Below are positions 24,145 to 33,132 of a stretch of DNA of 64,000 nt, one piece after another. Origin of the DNA: a virus (Duplodnaviria; Caudoviricetes). The stretch lies in IMG/VR virus record IMGVR_UViG_3300050151_000071, positions 1 to 64,000 of that record. One strand, 5' to 3'. How positions within the stretch are numbered: position 1 is the stretch's first letter; each line of letters opens with the position of its first letter. The notes beneath the pieces are model-generated. The model was not told the origin of the DNA, did no database searches, and was given only the letters and a program-made list of their open reading frames with translations. Made by a program: the position numbers and the translations under genes.

Positions 24145-24536
24145 GAATTAAACAAATCATCAAGAGAGGGGGAAGTAGTAGCTTCCCCCTTTTCTAATTC
24201 CCGAACTTCCACTAACCCCGACTCATTGAGCCATTGAGCTACCAACTGTCTGTGACAGAAATCTGTTGGCTTCTCATAGCACAACAAAACATCTCCATCT
24301 TTTAGATCAGCTACAACTTTAGCAGAATCCAACGTAGATAGATGCTCTTTGAAGATCTTCGTATATCCTTGAACATCCACATCTCCAGCTTTATAAGCCT
24401 TAACTAAATCCCACGTGGGAGCTAGTGGAGGATAATGACCAATGTTGGGATAGAATCTGGGACGTTGGACACTAATAGAAACGGCTTGCACATGCTTGCC
24501 GTTTCTTCCGTAGTATGATGTGTAGAGCTTCTTCAT
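24141..24536 (-). CDS. DUF488-like protein
   Basis: LYTSYY, LAPTWDLV and LLCYEKP.DFCHR.LVA.WL. Confidence 0.8.
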   Translation of the reverse strand: MKKLYTSYYGRNGKHVQAVSISVQRPRFYPNIGHYPPLAPTWDLVKAYKAGDVDVQGYTKIFKEHLSTLDSAKVVADLKDGDVLLCYEKPTDFCHRQLVAQWLNESGLVEVRELEKGEATTSPSLDDLFNS

Positions 24537-24697
24537 TTGAGCTCCTCAGCCAACTCTTCCAGGATACTCAATTCGTGCTTCAACTTGGAAATCCGTTGCT
24601 TTATGTCTCTGCGAGCTGAAAACTTGTATTCTTCTGGGCGTTTAGCGTAGTGAAAGGCCAAAGAATCCCAATATCGGGCTCGTACCTCATTCTTCAT
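24533..24697 (-). CDS. 54-aa hypothetical protein
   Basis: MKNEVRARYW...; overlaps both neighbours (ATGA); not in the ORF track. Confidence 0.6.
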   Translation of the reverse strand: MKNEVRARYWDSLAFHYAKRPEEYKFSARRDIKQRISKLKHELSILEELAEELK

Positions 24698-24899
24698 CGC
24701 TATAAAGTTCTTCCACGTCTAAAACCTCAAAAGAGGCCCCAATAGCTTTAGCTGTTCTTTCGAAGACTGAAGCTGCAGCTTCCATTCCGGAGGAAGCATG
24801 TTCGTCGTAGTTGGTCGAACCAACATCTACGCCATTAACAAAATAGCGTTCGCCATTTTCACGGTCGAACGCTCGTTTAATTAGAAATACGTGTGTCAT
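24687..24899 (-). CDS. hypothetical protein
   Basis: AAAGGA RBS, 70 aa. Confidence 0.7.
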   Translation of the reverse strand: MTHVFLIKRAFDRENGERYFVNGVDVGSTNYDEHASSGMEAAASVFERTAKAIGASFEVLDVEELYSDEE

Positions 24900-24919
24900 T
24901 GTATTATCCTTTAATTAAC

Positions 24920-25021
24920 CTCAGCAGTGAGACTTACACTCACATCGCGTCTTCGTAGGAACGCATCTTAAATCTACTCGCGTTTGCAATCATGAAGCAG
25001 ATCTAATTAGAAGATACTGAG
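24920..25021 (-). ncRNA. tRNA-shaped RNA motif, copy B
   Basis: CTCAGTA/TGCTGAG stem, TGC-9nt-GCA hairpin, CGCG..GTAG/CTAC..CGCG arm, GTGAG-TGTAAGT-CTCAC arm. Confidence 0.6.
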
Positions 25022-25055
25022 TTAAAACAGAGCCTAGGAACCTCTGCTTCGAAAT

Positions 25056-25171
25056 TGGAGCCGGCTCTGGGACTCGAACCCAGATCTGTTCCACCAAAGG
25101 AACCGTTTTGCGTTCATCCGAAGTGGTGCACCACTTTAATGGACTAGGCTTTCGTCTTAAACTAAACCGAC
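25056..25171 (-). ncRNA. tRNA-like RNA with ~50-nt D-loop insertion and 6-nt anticodon loop
   Basis: GTCGGTT/AGCCGGC+T+CCA, GTTT/AAAC D-stem, GTTCC-TTTGGT-GGAAC arm, canonical T-arm CTGGG-TTCGAGT-CCCAG. Confidence 0.7.
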
Positions 25172-25176
25172 ATAGT

Positions 25177-25274
25177 ACCAGCGGTGAGACTTTACTCACA
25201 TTCCCGATCAAGGATCTTATCTAACACTTGAGGGGTTGCGAAACCAAAGCATCAGATTATTAGAAGACACTAGT
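25177..25274 (-). ncRNA. tRNA-shaped RNA motif, copy A
   Basis: ACTAGTG/CGCTGGT stem, TGC-9nt-GCA hairpin, CCC..TCAAG/CTTGA..GGG arm, GTGAG-TAAAGT-CTCAC arm. Confidence 0.6.
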
Positions 25275-25278
25275 AGAT

Positions 25279-25354
25279 TGGAGTCAAGGGTAGGATTTGA
25301 ACCTACGTTTCCCGATGGGGGCAAAGGGTGTCCTAAACACTAGACGACCTCGAC
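25279..25354 (-). tRNA. Gly-like tRNA (U73) with aberrant C-rich anticodon arm
   Basis: GTCGAGG/CCTTGAC acceptor, canonical D and T arms, CCC-TTTGCCCCCATC-GGG arm. Confidence 0.6.
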
Positions 25355-25403
25355 AAACTGTTGATTCTTTATCCTATGTTCAGGATTTTTAATCAACAAG
25401 AAT

Positions 25404-27653
25404 TTACGGGTGGAATCCGATTTTATTTCGCTCAATCCCAGCAAGCTTATCTGTAGCTTCATCTTCGAGTTGTTGGAGCCATTCATCTGGGGTCAACTTC
25501 TTGTCTAAGATGTTGGCTTGACGCTTGACTGTAGCAAAGTCCCCAGGAGCGAGATACTTAATTTTTTCCAGTTTGTTCCGGATACGATCAAGTTCTTCTT
25601 GAGGAAGACCTTCACCCTCAAGCATTTGGCTTTCGTTGCACAGCATTTCCCAGCGTTGATCATCTTTGAGAGCTAGGAATTCAAGCTTGAAGGTGAACCG
25701 CCGAAGGGCAGCAGCATCAATATCTCTGAACAAGTTGGTTGCGCAGATAAAGATACCGTTGAACGATTCGATCTGTTGAAGCAACTCGTTAACTTGAGTC
25801 ACGTTCCATTCAGCTCGAGCCATCTGACGATCTCGTAGGAATGAATCAGCTTCATCGAGGAACAGAATAGCTCCCTCAGCTTTGGCTTCTTGGAACATCG
25901 CAGCGATGTTCTTTTCATTCTCACCAACGTACTTACCAAGAATATCCGATGCACGCTTCTTTAGCAGAGGCATGTCCAGTTCTTTGGCCATGTATTCGAC
26001 GAGCTGGGTTTTACCAGCTCCCGGAATACCATACAAGCACATTGTACCAGCTGGGCGCTTCTTGAGAGCTTTGATGATCTCGTCAGGCGTTAGAGCTCCA
26101 CGAACGTTAACGTAATCCAGAGAATACTTTGTGACACTATCACGAAGTTCTTCCATCGCTTCACGACCAAGGACACGTTGACTTTGAAGAACGACGTGTT
26201 TGAGGACATCCTGGGATTCAACTCGATCGTCTGTGATCAATGCTGTAATCGCTACACCCGACTTAACCTGACGTTCAGTTAACAGATGATACTTAGAGAG
26301 ATGCTCTTCTACGTCAGGATCCAAGTCGAGAGTAGACAAGACGTTCTTGACTTGCTCCAAGCGAGTCGCTCTCGATGCTGGCTTTACTTCCGCATGAAAG
26401 AGGAACCGACCAACGGTATCTTCTTTGATATATCTCGGATTGTTGGTGATCCAGAATGTTGGAACACCGTTCTCAGACAGCAGAATTTCATCTGCCTCAA
26501 TATCATCGCCAGTATTTTCATTTGCCTCAGCAAATCCGAACATGCTGGCAAACGATCTAGCCACACTAGAAAGCACATCGTCAGCCTGCTCAACAATCAG
26601 AATTGGAGACTTGGTATCTGTCTGATTGTACACTTCTTGAAGGAACCGTTGAGCAAGGAATGCTCGAGGGCCGAGATCACTGCGATTGACGCGCTTCGTC
26701 CTCAAGACGAAGATGTTCGCTTCATCTTTGAACGAAGAATAAATCGTACCCTTCTTGTCAACCGCTGAGTCGCCGTAGAACAGAACATTGACACCTGTTA
26801 TAGTGTCTTCGTCTTCTTGATTTTTGACATCAACAGCTGCCATAAGCCGCTTAATGATCGACAAATCTGTGGTAGCAATTGTACCAATTGAACCAGAACC
26901 ACTCATCTTCGGCTTCATTGGCTTTACGATCTGTGGGAACATAGACTGTTCGCCTTGAGGTACAGCAAAGAACAACGATGCAATATCCCTTGACATCGGT
27001 GGGAAAATACCGTGGTTGTAGTTGATCTTGACTAGACCAGACTTAACCAGAACCGAATCACTCGAAAGCTCGTCACCGTTGAAGAGAATGGTGAGAATAC
27101 GTTTCGTGGTTTCTTTCCACATCGCTACTCGAGCGAACAAACGATCATAGAAGATTTGGAAATCGGGACAGGCTGAGCGAAGGACTTGGAACTCAAGAAC
27201 GTCGATTTCAACTTCCGTCAGTCCTAGTAGAGCTGATACACTATCGATGTTATATTCGATAGTGTTCATACCCTTAGTATATTCATCCAGGGCATCTTTT
27301 TCTACTGTGCTCAGGAACTTCTTCCATTCATCCCAACCTTTTGCAGCATAATCAGCGTGCATTGAAGTTCCGGTATGGATGTTCATGATCAGTTGGGCAG
27401 TGACTTTGTCTTCGCCGTACAATCTCGTTAAGTTCTTTTGAACCTCACGGAGCTCTGTGCGCAACTCATGACTAGATGGAATATCCTTAGTTGGGATTTG
27501 CTCCCGGAAGAAAGGAGCTAACGCTGCGTAAGCCATCCCAAACAAGACTTCATCAGTTGTAACGACTGATCCGATTACATTATCTTGAAGAAGCCTTATA
27601 GTGTGCTTCGCAAGCTTCGCTCCTGGGTTTACTTGTTCCAGTGCCGGGTTCAT
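25404..27653 (-). CDS. AAA+ ATPase (one degenerate and one intact module)
   Basis: LYGIPGAGKT, LFLDEADSFL, ICATN and AALRRF; N-terminal module has a degenerate Walker A (YGDSAVDK). Confidence 0.88.
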   Translation of the reverse strand: MNPALEQVNPGAKLAKHTIRLLQDNVIGSVVTTDEVLFGMAYAALAPFFREQIPTKDIPSSHELRTELREVQKNLTRLYGEDKVTAQLIMNIHTGTSMHADYAAKGWDEWKKFLSTVEKDALDEYTKGMNTIEYNIDSVSALLGLTEVEIDVLEFQVLRSACPDFQIFYDRLFARVAMWKETTKRILTILFNGDELSSDSVLVKSGLVKINYNHGIFPPMSRDIASLFFAVPQGEQSMFPQIVKPMKPKMSGSGSIGTIATTDLSIIKRLMAAVDVKNQEDEDTITGVNVLFYGDSAVDKKGTIYSSFKDEANIFVLRTKRVNRSDLGPRAFLAQRFLQEVYNQTDTKSPILIVEQADDVLSSVARSFASMFGFAEANENTGDDIEADEILLSENGVPTFWITNNPRYIKEDTVGRFLFHAEVKPASRATRLEQVKNVLSTLDLDPDVEEHLSKYHLLTERQVKSGVAITALITDDRVESQDVLKHVVLQSQRVLGREAMEELRDSVTKYSLDYVNVRGALTPDEIIKALKKRPAGTMCLYGIPGAGKTQLVEYMAKELDMPLLKKRASDILGKYVGENEKNIAAMFQEAKAEGAILFLDEADSFLRDRQMARAEWNVTQVNELLQQIESFNGIFICATNLFRDIDAAALRRFTFKLEFLALKDDQRWEMLCNESQMLEGEGLPQEELDRIRNKLEKIKYLAPGDFATVKRQANILDKKLTPDEWLQQLEDEATDKLAGIERNKIGFHP

Positions 27654-27676
27654 GAAGGTCCTATCATAATGAAAAT

Positions 27677-27754
27677 TGGAAGTGGGAGAGGGAGTCGAAC
27701 CCGTCAGTCTCGCAGTTATGAGCCGCGCGCTTTCACCAATTAAGCTATCCCACC
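27677..27754 (-). tRNA. tRNA(CAU): elongator Met or Ile2
   Basis: GGTGGGA/TCCCACT acceptor, CGCGG-CT CAT AA-CTGCG arm, U73, CCA. Confidence 0.85.
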
Positions 27755-27835
27755 ACTAAGTGTGCTGATTTTGTATTTAGCCACATCTGGCCGCAACAAA
27801 CGAATTATCCGCATTAATGGAAAAGAAAGCAACAG

Positions 27836-28282
27836 TTAAAAATGGTGAAGATCAACTTTTCCATCAGGCCAAAACGTGTAAATCTTTTTGTGCTTCTTTC
27901 TCGCATAACGAGTAGCAGCCCAGGTTCCGCTTCTTAGTTCTTCGTGCATCTCTTTAGGACACGAGAACAAAATTGGAGCAGCGTCGACTAAATGACGGTT
28001 TCTTGTTAGATAGTCGTATTCGGCGTGAATTATGTCTGCATCTTTACATAACGCCCTGTATTTATTGAGGATTGGAGGATGAATTTCGACATGCCATCCA
28101 AGCTCTTTTGCGATATCATGCATCTCTGCATCGGCTCCAATACAATCACCGTGGTGTAAAGACATCCGACTGTTGGGACAGAGCTTGGTGATAGCTACGG
28201 AAGCGCGGAAAAGGCTGCCTCTCTGAGGAGAGGTCAGCCCTTCTTTAGTTCCGGTTACTGCTATTGGTTGCAAAAGTAACAT
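27836..28282 (-). CDS. SLOG/DprA-like family protein
   Basis: AVTGT, LHHGDCIGAD, RNRHLVD and SGTWAATRYAR; start reassigned to just after tRNA-His. Confidence 0.7.
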   Translation of the reverse strand: MLLLQPIAVTGTKEGLTSPQRGSLFRASVAITKLCPNSRMSLHHGDCIGADAEMHDIAKELGWHVEIHPPILNKYRALCKDADIIHAEYDYLTRNRHLVDAAPILFSCPKEMHEELRSGTWAATRYARKKHKKIYTFWPDGKVDLHHF

Positions 28283-28287
28283 GTATT

Positions 28288-28363
28288 TGGTCCTAATTCT
28301 TGGACTCGAACCAAGCCTAGCTGCTCCACAAACAGCCGTGCTAACCGCTAACACTAAATTAGG
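28288..28363 (-). tRNA. trnH: tRNA-His(GUG) with A73 and no G-1
   Basis: CCTAATT/AATTAGG acceptor, GCTGT-TT GTG GA-GCAGC arm, A+CCA; the -1 base is A. Confidence 0.9.
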
Positions 28364-28419
28364 TTATAGGGGCCGTATTGCCCCTTAATTCGCGACCCTA
28401 CATTAGACTAGTATATAGG

Positions 28420-28665
28420 TCAACCATTATTTATTTGACGCAAGATTGTGTCCATTGGAGTCGTTGTTCTAATCCTTTCAATGAAGGGGTTGTATCCGTC
28501 ACTACCTTCTAAAGTAACTTCAGATATCCTGGCTTTGAAGCTGGTACCATCAGCAGCAGTTACAACAGCAAAGTCTTCCGTCTCTGCAATGTTACGGAGG
28601 CTATAAGCTGGAACAGCAGTGCGTGTTCCATTTTCTTTTAGTAGTGATATAAATCGTTCAGCCAT
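28420..28665 (-). CDS. hypothetical protein
   Basis: Tightly packed ORF. Confidence 0.7.
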   Translation of the reverse strand: MAERFISLLKENGTRTAVPAYSLRNIAETEDFAVVTAADGTSFKARISEVTLEGSDGYNPFIERIRTTTPMDTILRQINNG

Positions 28666-28666
28666 A

Positions 28667-28969
28667 TTAGGTTCCTTGAAATTGTTCGTTAGTATAATCT
28701 ACGCTGTCTGCTAAAATAATCCAGTCAGCTAACGTGGTTTTAAATTTATCGTCCCACGATAAAATAAGGGGACCGGTTTGATATACAGAGGATACGTAGT
28801 CTAGTTGATATAAGTCGTCTGTTGGTGTGTGGTGGAACAACCAATATGTTCCACCTTCTTCGTAAGAAGACCACCCTTGAACATCAACTAAATCCCAATC
28901 GGTAAAATCCACTTCTGGTAACTCCTTTCGGAGTTCTTCCATCTCGCGGAACTTGGTTAGTGAGTTCAT
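28667..28969 (-). CDS. hypothetical protein
   Basis: TAATG coupling. Confidence 0.7.
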   Translation of the reverse strand: MNSLTKFREMEELRKELPEVDFTDWDLVDVQGWSSYEEGGTYWLFHHTPTDDLYQLDYVSSVYQTGPLILSWDDKFKTTLADWIILADSVDYTNEQFQGT

Positions 28970-29166
28970 TATGAGGGATATACTTTGACAGCATATTCAA
29001 CACCATCGTCATGATGAATCATTCCCTTTGCTACGTCTGCGTTTATTGTAGCTTCACAGAAGATTTCAATACCTTCACATTGTTCACCTTGACCCTCAAA
29101 CCAATCCAAGAAATTTTCAGCCATTTCTTTGGTAGGAAAACCTGATAGAATTGCTTTATACGTCAT
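28969..29166 (-). CDS. hypothetical protein
   Basis: 65-aa ORF, packed with neighbours. Confidence 0.7.
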   Translation of the reverse strand: MTYKAILSGFPTKEMAENFLDWFEGQGEQCEGIEIFCEATINADVAKGMIHHDDGVEYAVKVYPS

Positions 29167-29187
29167 TTTGTTCCAGTGGGTTAAAAC

Positions 29188-29592
29188 TTAATATAAACTA
29201 GTATTGGTGGGTAAAGACTTCTGGACAGCATCTTGAAGCTCTTTTAGATATACAAGCTGCTCTTGTTGATCTGCTGACGGATGGCCGCCCAAACCTTCAA
29301 TATTTTTGATTCGATTTTCTAGGTTTACGATATCCTCACACGCTCTTGTAAGGGCAGCTCGCTTATCGTTTTCACGATGCGTCACATACTCATGAAGAGC
29401 CCACAAAATATCTTTTTTATCAACATCTTGCTTGTTGTGAAGCTTGAAGATGATACTACCCATACGACACTTATCAGCAGCTAACTGGTTAGCTCGCTCT
29501 TTAAAGTTTACAGGTCTAGCAATGGGCGACTCAGTGGGTGATGGAAAACGACCGTATTGACGGCCATCATCATCGTAATCTCGACAAGGCAT
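29188..29592 (-). CDS. hypothetical protein
   Basis: Start at MPCRDYDD; coiled-coil C-terminus. Confidence 0.7.
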   Translation of the reverse strand: MPCRDYDDDGRQYGRFPSPTESPIARPVNFKERANQLAADKCRMGSIIFKLHNKQDVDKKDILWALHEYVTHRENDKRAALTRACEDIVNLENRIKNIEGLGGHPSADQQEQLVYLKELQDAVQKSLPTNTSLY

Positions 29593-30733
29593 GGTGGGCT
29601 CTTCCAATCAAATCAATTTTAGTTAAAGTGTAACGGCTTTCTTTCCACTGCTGGCGCAGATCAGCCAAAGCTTGGCCCACAATAGGACCAGCCATAATTT
29701 TATATTCATCCATGATGTCCTGACCCCGAATAGGGAAGACAGGAACATAATAGCCTTCTACAAACACCGCGATGTCGGGACGCAGAGTCATAGCGCACAG
29801 ACTGATGATATATTCAGTTGAAACACCATCAACCAACCAATCCATAACTCGATCCAGAGTCAGGTTGACGTAGTACTTGTCGGCCAGCCAAACGATTTTG
29901 TTCGTTTCAGCTCGAGACATCTTCCAGCTGTTACAGAACTCGCGAGCTTCTACAGGACGGCCAGTGAAGAACTGAGCGACCACTGAACAAGCATCATCAC
30001 TCCGATTCAACTCTTTGGCTAAGCCATCCAGCGGTAGGCCAATAGCTTTAGCCACGCCGTAATTATCCATCAAATGATACACGGATGCACGATCAGGATA
30101 AATAAAGAGCTTTTGCATCTCTAGCCAAACACGCTCACGGCTGATTTGTTTCAGTCCTTCAAGTGAGGCGTGTTGAGATATGATGTCACAATCGTTCCAA
30201 TCCATATCAGCGGAGAAACGTGCAGCAAAACGGAAGTAGCGCAGAATCCGCAGATAGTCTTCTTGGATTCGAGTTTTGGTGTCACCCACGAACCGAACGA
30301 TGTTATTCTTCAGATCATCGATGCCACCAAAGTAGTCATAGACTGTACCATCAAAGTCCATGCTCATTGCGTTCATTGTCAGATCCCGACGTGCAGCATC
30401 TTGTTCAAACGACGTGGTGTATTCGACTTCTGCGTGCCGACCATCAGTATCATTATCGATACGCAGGGTGGTGATTTCGAACGGCTCGTGATCTACAACG
30501 AACGTCACAGTGCCATGCTGCAGACCAGTCGGAACTACTGTGAAACCAGCTTCCTTACCGATCTCAACCAGTTTCTCGGGCAGAGCATCCGTACACATAT
30601 CGCAATCTTTAGGCTTCTCGCCTAAGATCAAATCTCGGACAAAGCCACCGACAGGGCGTAGTGAAAATCCACGAGACGTAATAGCGTCGTGGATTTTCAG
30701 CATCTGAGGATTTGTGATCGGATCTAGTTTCAT
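29570..30733 (-). CDS. cca: tRNA nucleotidyltransferase (CCA-adding / poly(A) polymerase class II)
   Basis: VGGFVRDLILG..KDCD, HGTV, EITTLR, DAARRDLTMNAM and EDYLRILRYFRF; no HD domain. Confidence 0.9.
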   Translation of the reverse strand: MKLDPITNPQMLKIHDAITSRGFSLRPVGGFVRDLILGEKPKDCDMCTDALPEKLVEIGKEAGFTVVPTGLQHGTVTFVVDHEPFEITTLRIDNDTDGRHAEVEYTTSFEQDAARRDLTMNAMSMDFDGTVYDYFGGIDDLKNNIVRFVGDTKTRIQEDYLRILRYFRFAARFSADMDWNDCDIISQHASLEGLKQISRERVWLEMQKLFIYPDRASVYHLMDNYGVAKAIGLPLDGLAKELNRSDDACSVVAQFFTGRPVEAREFCNSWKMSRAETNKIVWLADKYYVNLTLDRVMDWLVDGVSTEYIISLCAMTLRPDIAVFVEGYYVPVFPIRGQDIMDEYKIMAGPIVGQALADLRQQWKESRYTLTKIDLIGRAHHALSRLR

Positions 30734-30769
30734 AGATCCTTTATAGAGCATTCGATCTTAAATGTCAAC

Positions 30770-31036
30770 TCAAAATCCCATCTTTTGTCTGCCACGAGGC
30801 GGTGCCCCAATCTTAGCTTGTTGCCAGATGGTCAAACAAGAACCATAATCGAGAGGTGGAAAGAACACTCTACCTTGACAAGACATCGCTACTCTTGGCG
30901 ACATCTCATTTTCTGATTCTCTATCGTGATAAATCGCTCCTACTTCCAAAAGGTCAACGACGTAAACCGAATCATCATCTTCTTTCCAAGACAAGAACGA
31001 ATCTTCAATCTTGTACGAATCGATGGTCAATCCCAT
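30770..31036 (-). CDS. hypothetical protein
   Basis: AAGGG RBS; early promoter TTGATC-N17-TAATCT at 31076-31104. Confidence 0.7.
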   Translation of the reverse strand: MGLTIDSYKIEDSFLSWKEDDDSVYVVDLLEVGAIYHDRESENEMSPRVAMSCQGRVFFPPLDYGSCLTIWQQAKIGAPPRGRQKMGF

Positions 31037-31139
31037 TTGAATACCCTTATTCTCGAGGTTGTTTCTTATGAGATAAGATTAGTCAAAATTGAATTTGAGA
31101 TCAACAGAAAATTTTCACGAAAGGGTCTACTCGGGCACT

Positions 31140-31607
31140 TTAGTCCTTTAGATCGGTTACGAACTCATCTGCCAGGACTATAGGGAAAGTAGGGAGTGGA
31201 TACTTCGACACATCAGGAGCCTCGGGTAGAATTCCCGTTAAGGTGATGTGCGGAAGATAGTCATCAAAGTCGTACGTTGCACCCAGCTTTTGGGATTCTG
31301 CAAAGCGTTTATGGAGCTCAGGGCTTTCAACGCGCAGTACCAGGAGGCAACTTTTGCTTTTTTGTGTGTTGAACACTTGATATGAAACAGGCTCAACAAC
31401 GATGTTACGACCCACGTCCGGCGTATAATCAACCGGTGCTCTTGAATACATTGTAGTAATGTGGTAGTCGTTCGGCAGAACTGGATTAGGAATACCAAGT
31501 TCTTTAACAAAAGTCATTAGTTGTTGTGCACTATGGTCTGTTAAATGGTATGCTGAATACGTGCCATTTGTATTAGCTTCTTCTATGAATGTTTTAAACG
31601 GTGTCAT
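31140..31607 (-). CDS. Acb1 / T4 gp57B-like 2H phosphoesterase
   Basis: YHITTMYSR and GATYDFDDYLPHITL (two HxT motifs); probable start MTPFKTFIEE. Confidence 0.82.
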   Translation of the reverse strand: MTPFKTFIEEANTNGTYSAYHLTDHSAQQLMTFVKELGIPNPVLPNDYHITTMYSRAPVDYTPDVGRNIVVEPVSYQVFNTQKSKSCLLVLRVESPELHKRFAESQKLGATYDFDDYLPHITLTGILPEAPDVSKYPLPTFPIVLADEFVTDLKD

Positions 31608-32139
31608 CTTCCGGCTTTTGTTCTTCCTCCGGTTGTAGTTCTTGTTGTAAAAACTCACCGATTAAATTGGCTAATTGAATTCGTTGCATTCCGGTAAGAG
31701 GGAGACATTCTTGAAGTGCATCAACCAGCTCATCTTCTTCTGGAACGTCTTCGAAATATCCACACATATCCATAATAAGTTCGAACATCTGTTCGTCGTC
31801 AATCGTGTTCCATTGTAAGATATCTTTTACATCGAACCGACCCTGGTGTTCACCCATATCAGGATGCGTACCCACGATCACATCAAGTTCTTCGTTTTCG
31901 GGTTGATACACCAAGAACATATCAGAAATTTCAGGATGCTGAAATGCTAGGTCGTGCGGTAGAGTGTTATTGTCCACAATGTATTGAACAGCCTCTTCAG
32001 CATCACCTCGAATGATGAAGTTCTTGTTGGCTAAAATTCCAACAATAGCTGCTTGGTTATGGAGCTTTAAGCTAAACTCTTCAGCATTTATAAGTCCAAT
32101 CGGTTCCAGCAAACATGCTGGATCGTACGCATATATCAC
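31594..32139 (-). CDS. hypothetical acidic protein
   Basis: 181-aa ORF. Confidence 0.7.
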   Translation of the reverse strand: MIYAYDPACLLEPIGLINAEEFSLKLHNQAAIVGILANKNFIIRGDAEEAVQYIVDNNTLPHDLAFQHPEISDMFLVYQPENEELDVIVGTHPDMGEHQGRFDVKDILQWNTIDDEQMFELIMDMCGYFEDVPEEDELVDALQECLPLTGMQRIQLANLIGEFLQQELQPEEEQKPEDDTV

Positions 32140-32158
32140 TAATTACTCTTTTCAACTC

Positions 32159-32476
32159 TTACTTGTTTAGATGACTATCATACCAGTCGTGAATCGTATC
32201 TTGTGTATCGATAAGCAACAACGCAAACATCACGACTAGAAAAATGAAATTGAATATGTTGTGAGGTCCAATCATAGCGACCACAAATAACATTGGGCCT
32301 ACTATGATTGGACTCAGCAGAAATAACAGCGTGGTTCCTAAACTGGGGCGCTTAAGTCTACAATTTTCCATGATACGTCTCTGTTCTCGCCGGGATAGCC
32401 CATTGGATTGCAAAACAACTTTGTTCCACAAGGATGAGGTTTGTTGTACTGTGAATGGGTGTGTCCAAAGAACCAC
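32159..32476 (-). CDS. hypothetical membrane protein (start uncertain)
   Basis: Two C-terminal hydrophobic helices. Confidence 0.55.
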   Translation of the reverse strand: MVLWTHPFTVQQTSSLWNKVVLQSNGLSRREQRRIMENCRLKRPSLGTTLLFLLSPIIVGPMLFVVAMIGPHNIFNFIFLVVMFALLLIDTQDTIHDWYDSHLNK

Positions 32477-33132
32477 GCTTCAACGTTATAATCCATCATC
32501 AGATCATCCATATCAACCGTGAAGTAGGGGTTGAGGGGACTGTTATGATAAATTGGATCAATCGCAAGTTGTGTAGGAACGAAGTGAGTCATCACAACGC
32601 ACCGGCGATCAGCGTGAGCTTCAAGTTGCTTCTGAATAAAAGTGCGTTCGAGAAGGTGCATTTTGATATGATCTTGAACTGACCAATATCCCTCTAAACC
32701 GTTATCGAAATTGACTCGAATCACCCCAAAGTCGGCAATACTACCTGCAAAGTATGCATCAGTGATGCGGGGATCCGTATAGCCACGAAGAGTCAAGGAG
32801 GACCATAAGGTAGCTCCTATCAAAACAAACTCACCCAGATCCACTGATCCTGGGTTCAGGATCGTTAGACGGTCAGCGTGGTCTTCTGCGAATTGCTCAA
32901 AGTCTGTTTGCAGAAGTGAGTAATTTTGCCTGTAATACTCGTGGTTGCCTGGCAACGTATAGACGTGCTTATCTTCAGGGAAGGTCTTGAGTATCCATTC
33001 GAGGCCAGCCATGCCGAGACCAATGTCTCCAGGCAGGAAAACAACATCGTACGTATCAGGGTTCGGAAGCGCAGGAATACGTTCCAATCGCTTGAACTCT
33101 GTGTGAATATCACTTGCGTACAAGATTCTCAT
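32338..33132 (-). CDS. calcineurin-like metallophosphoesterase
   Basis: SDIHTE, PGDI, PGNHEYY, THF.P and FGHTH; start MRILYAS with GAGGT RBS. Confidence 0.88.
   Translation of the reverse strand: MRILYASDIHTEFKRLERIPALPNPDTYDVVFLPGDIGLGMAGLEWILKTFPEDKHVYTLPGNHEYYRQNYSLLQTDFEQFAEDHADRLTILNPGSVDLGEFVLIGATLWSSLTLRGYTDPRITDAYFAGSIADFGVIRVNFDNGLEGYWSVQDHIKMHLLERTFIQKQLEAHADRRCVVMTHFVPTQLAIDPIYHNSPLNPYFTVDMDDLMMDYNVEAWFFGHTHSQYNKPHPCGTKLFCNPMGYPGENRDVSWKIVDLSAPV

Noticed and set aside
25882-30707. Plus-strand ORFs such as 26286-26768 and 30170-30625
   Set aside because: Antisense to the well-supported AAA ATPase and CCA enzyme genes
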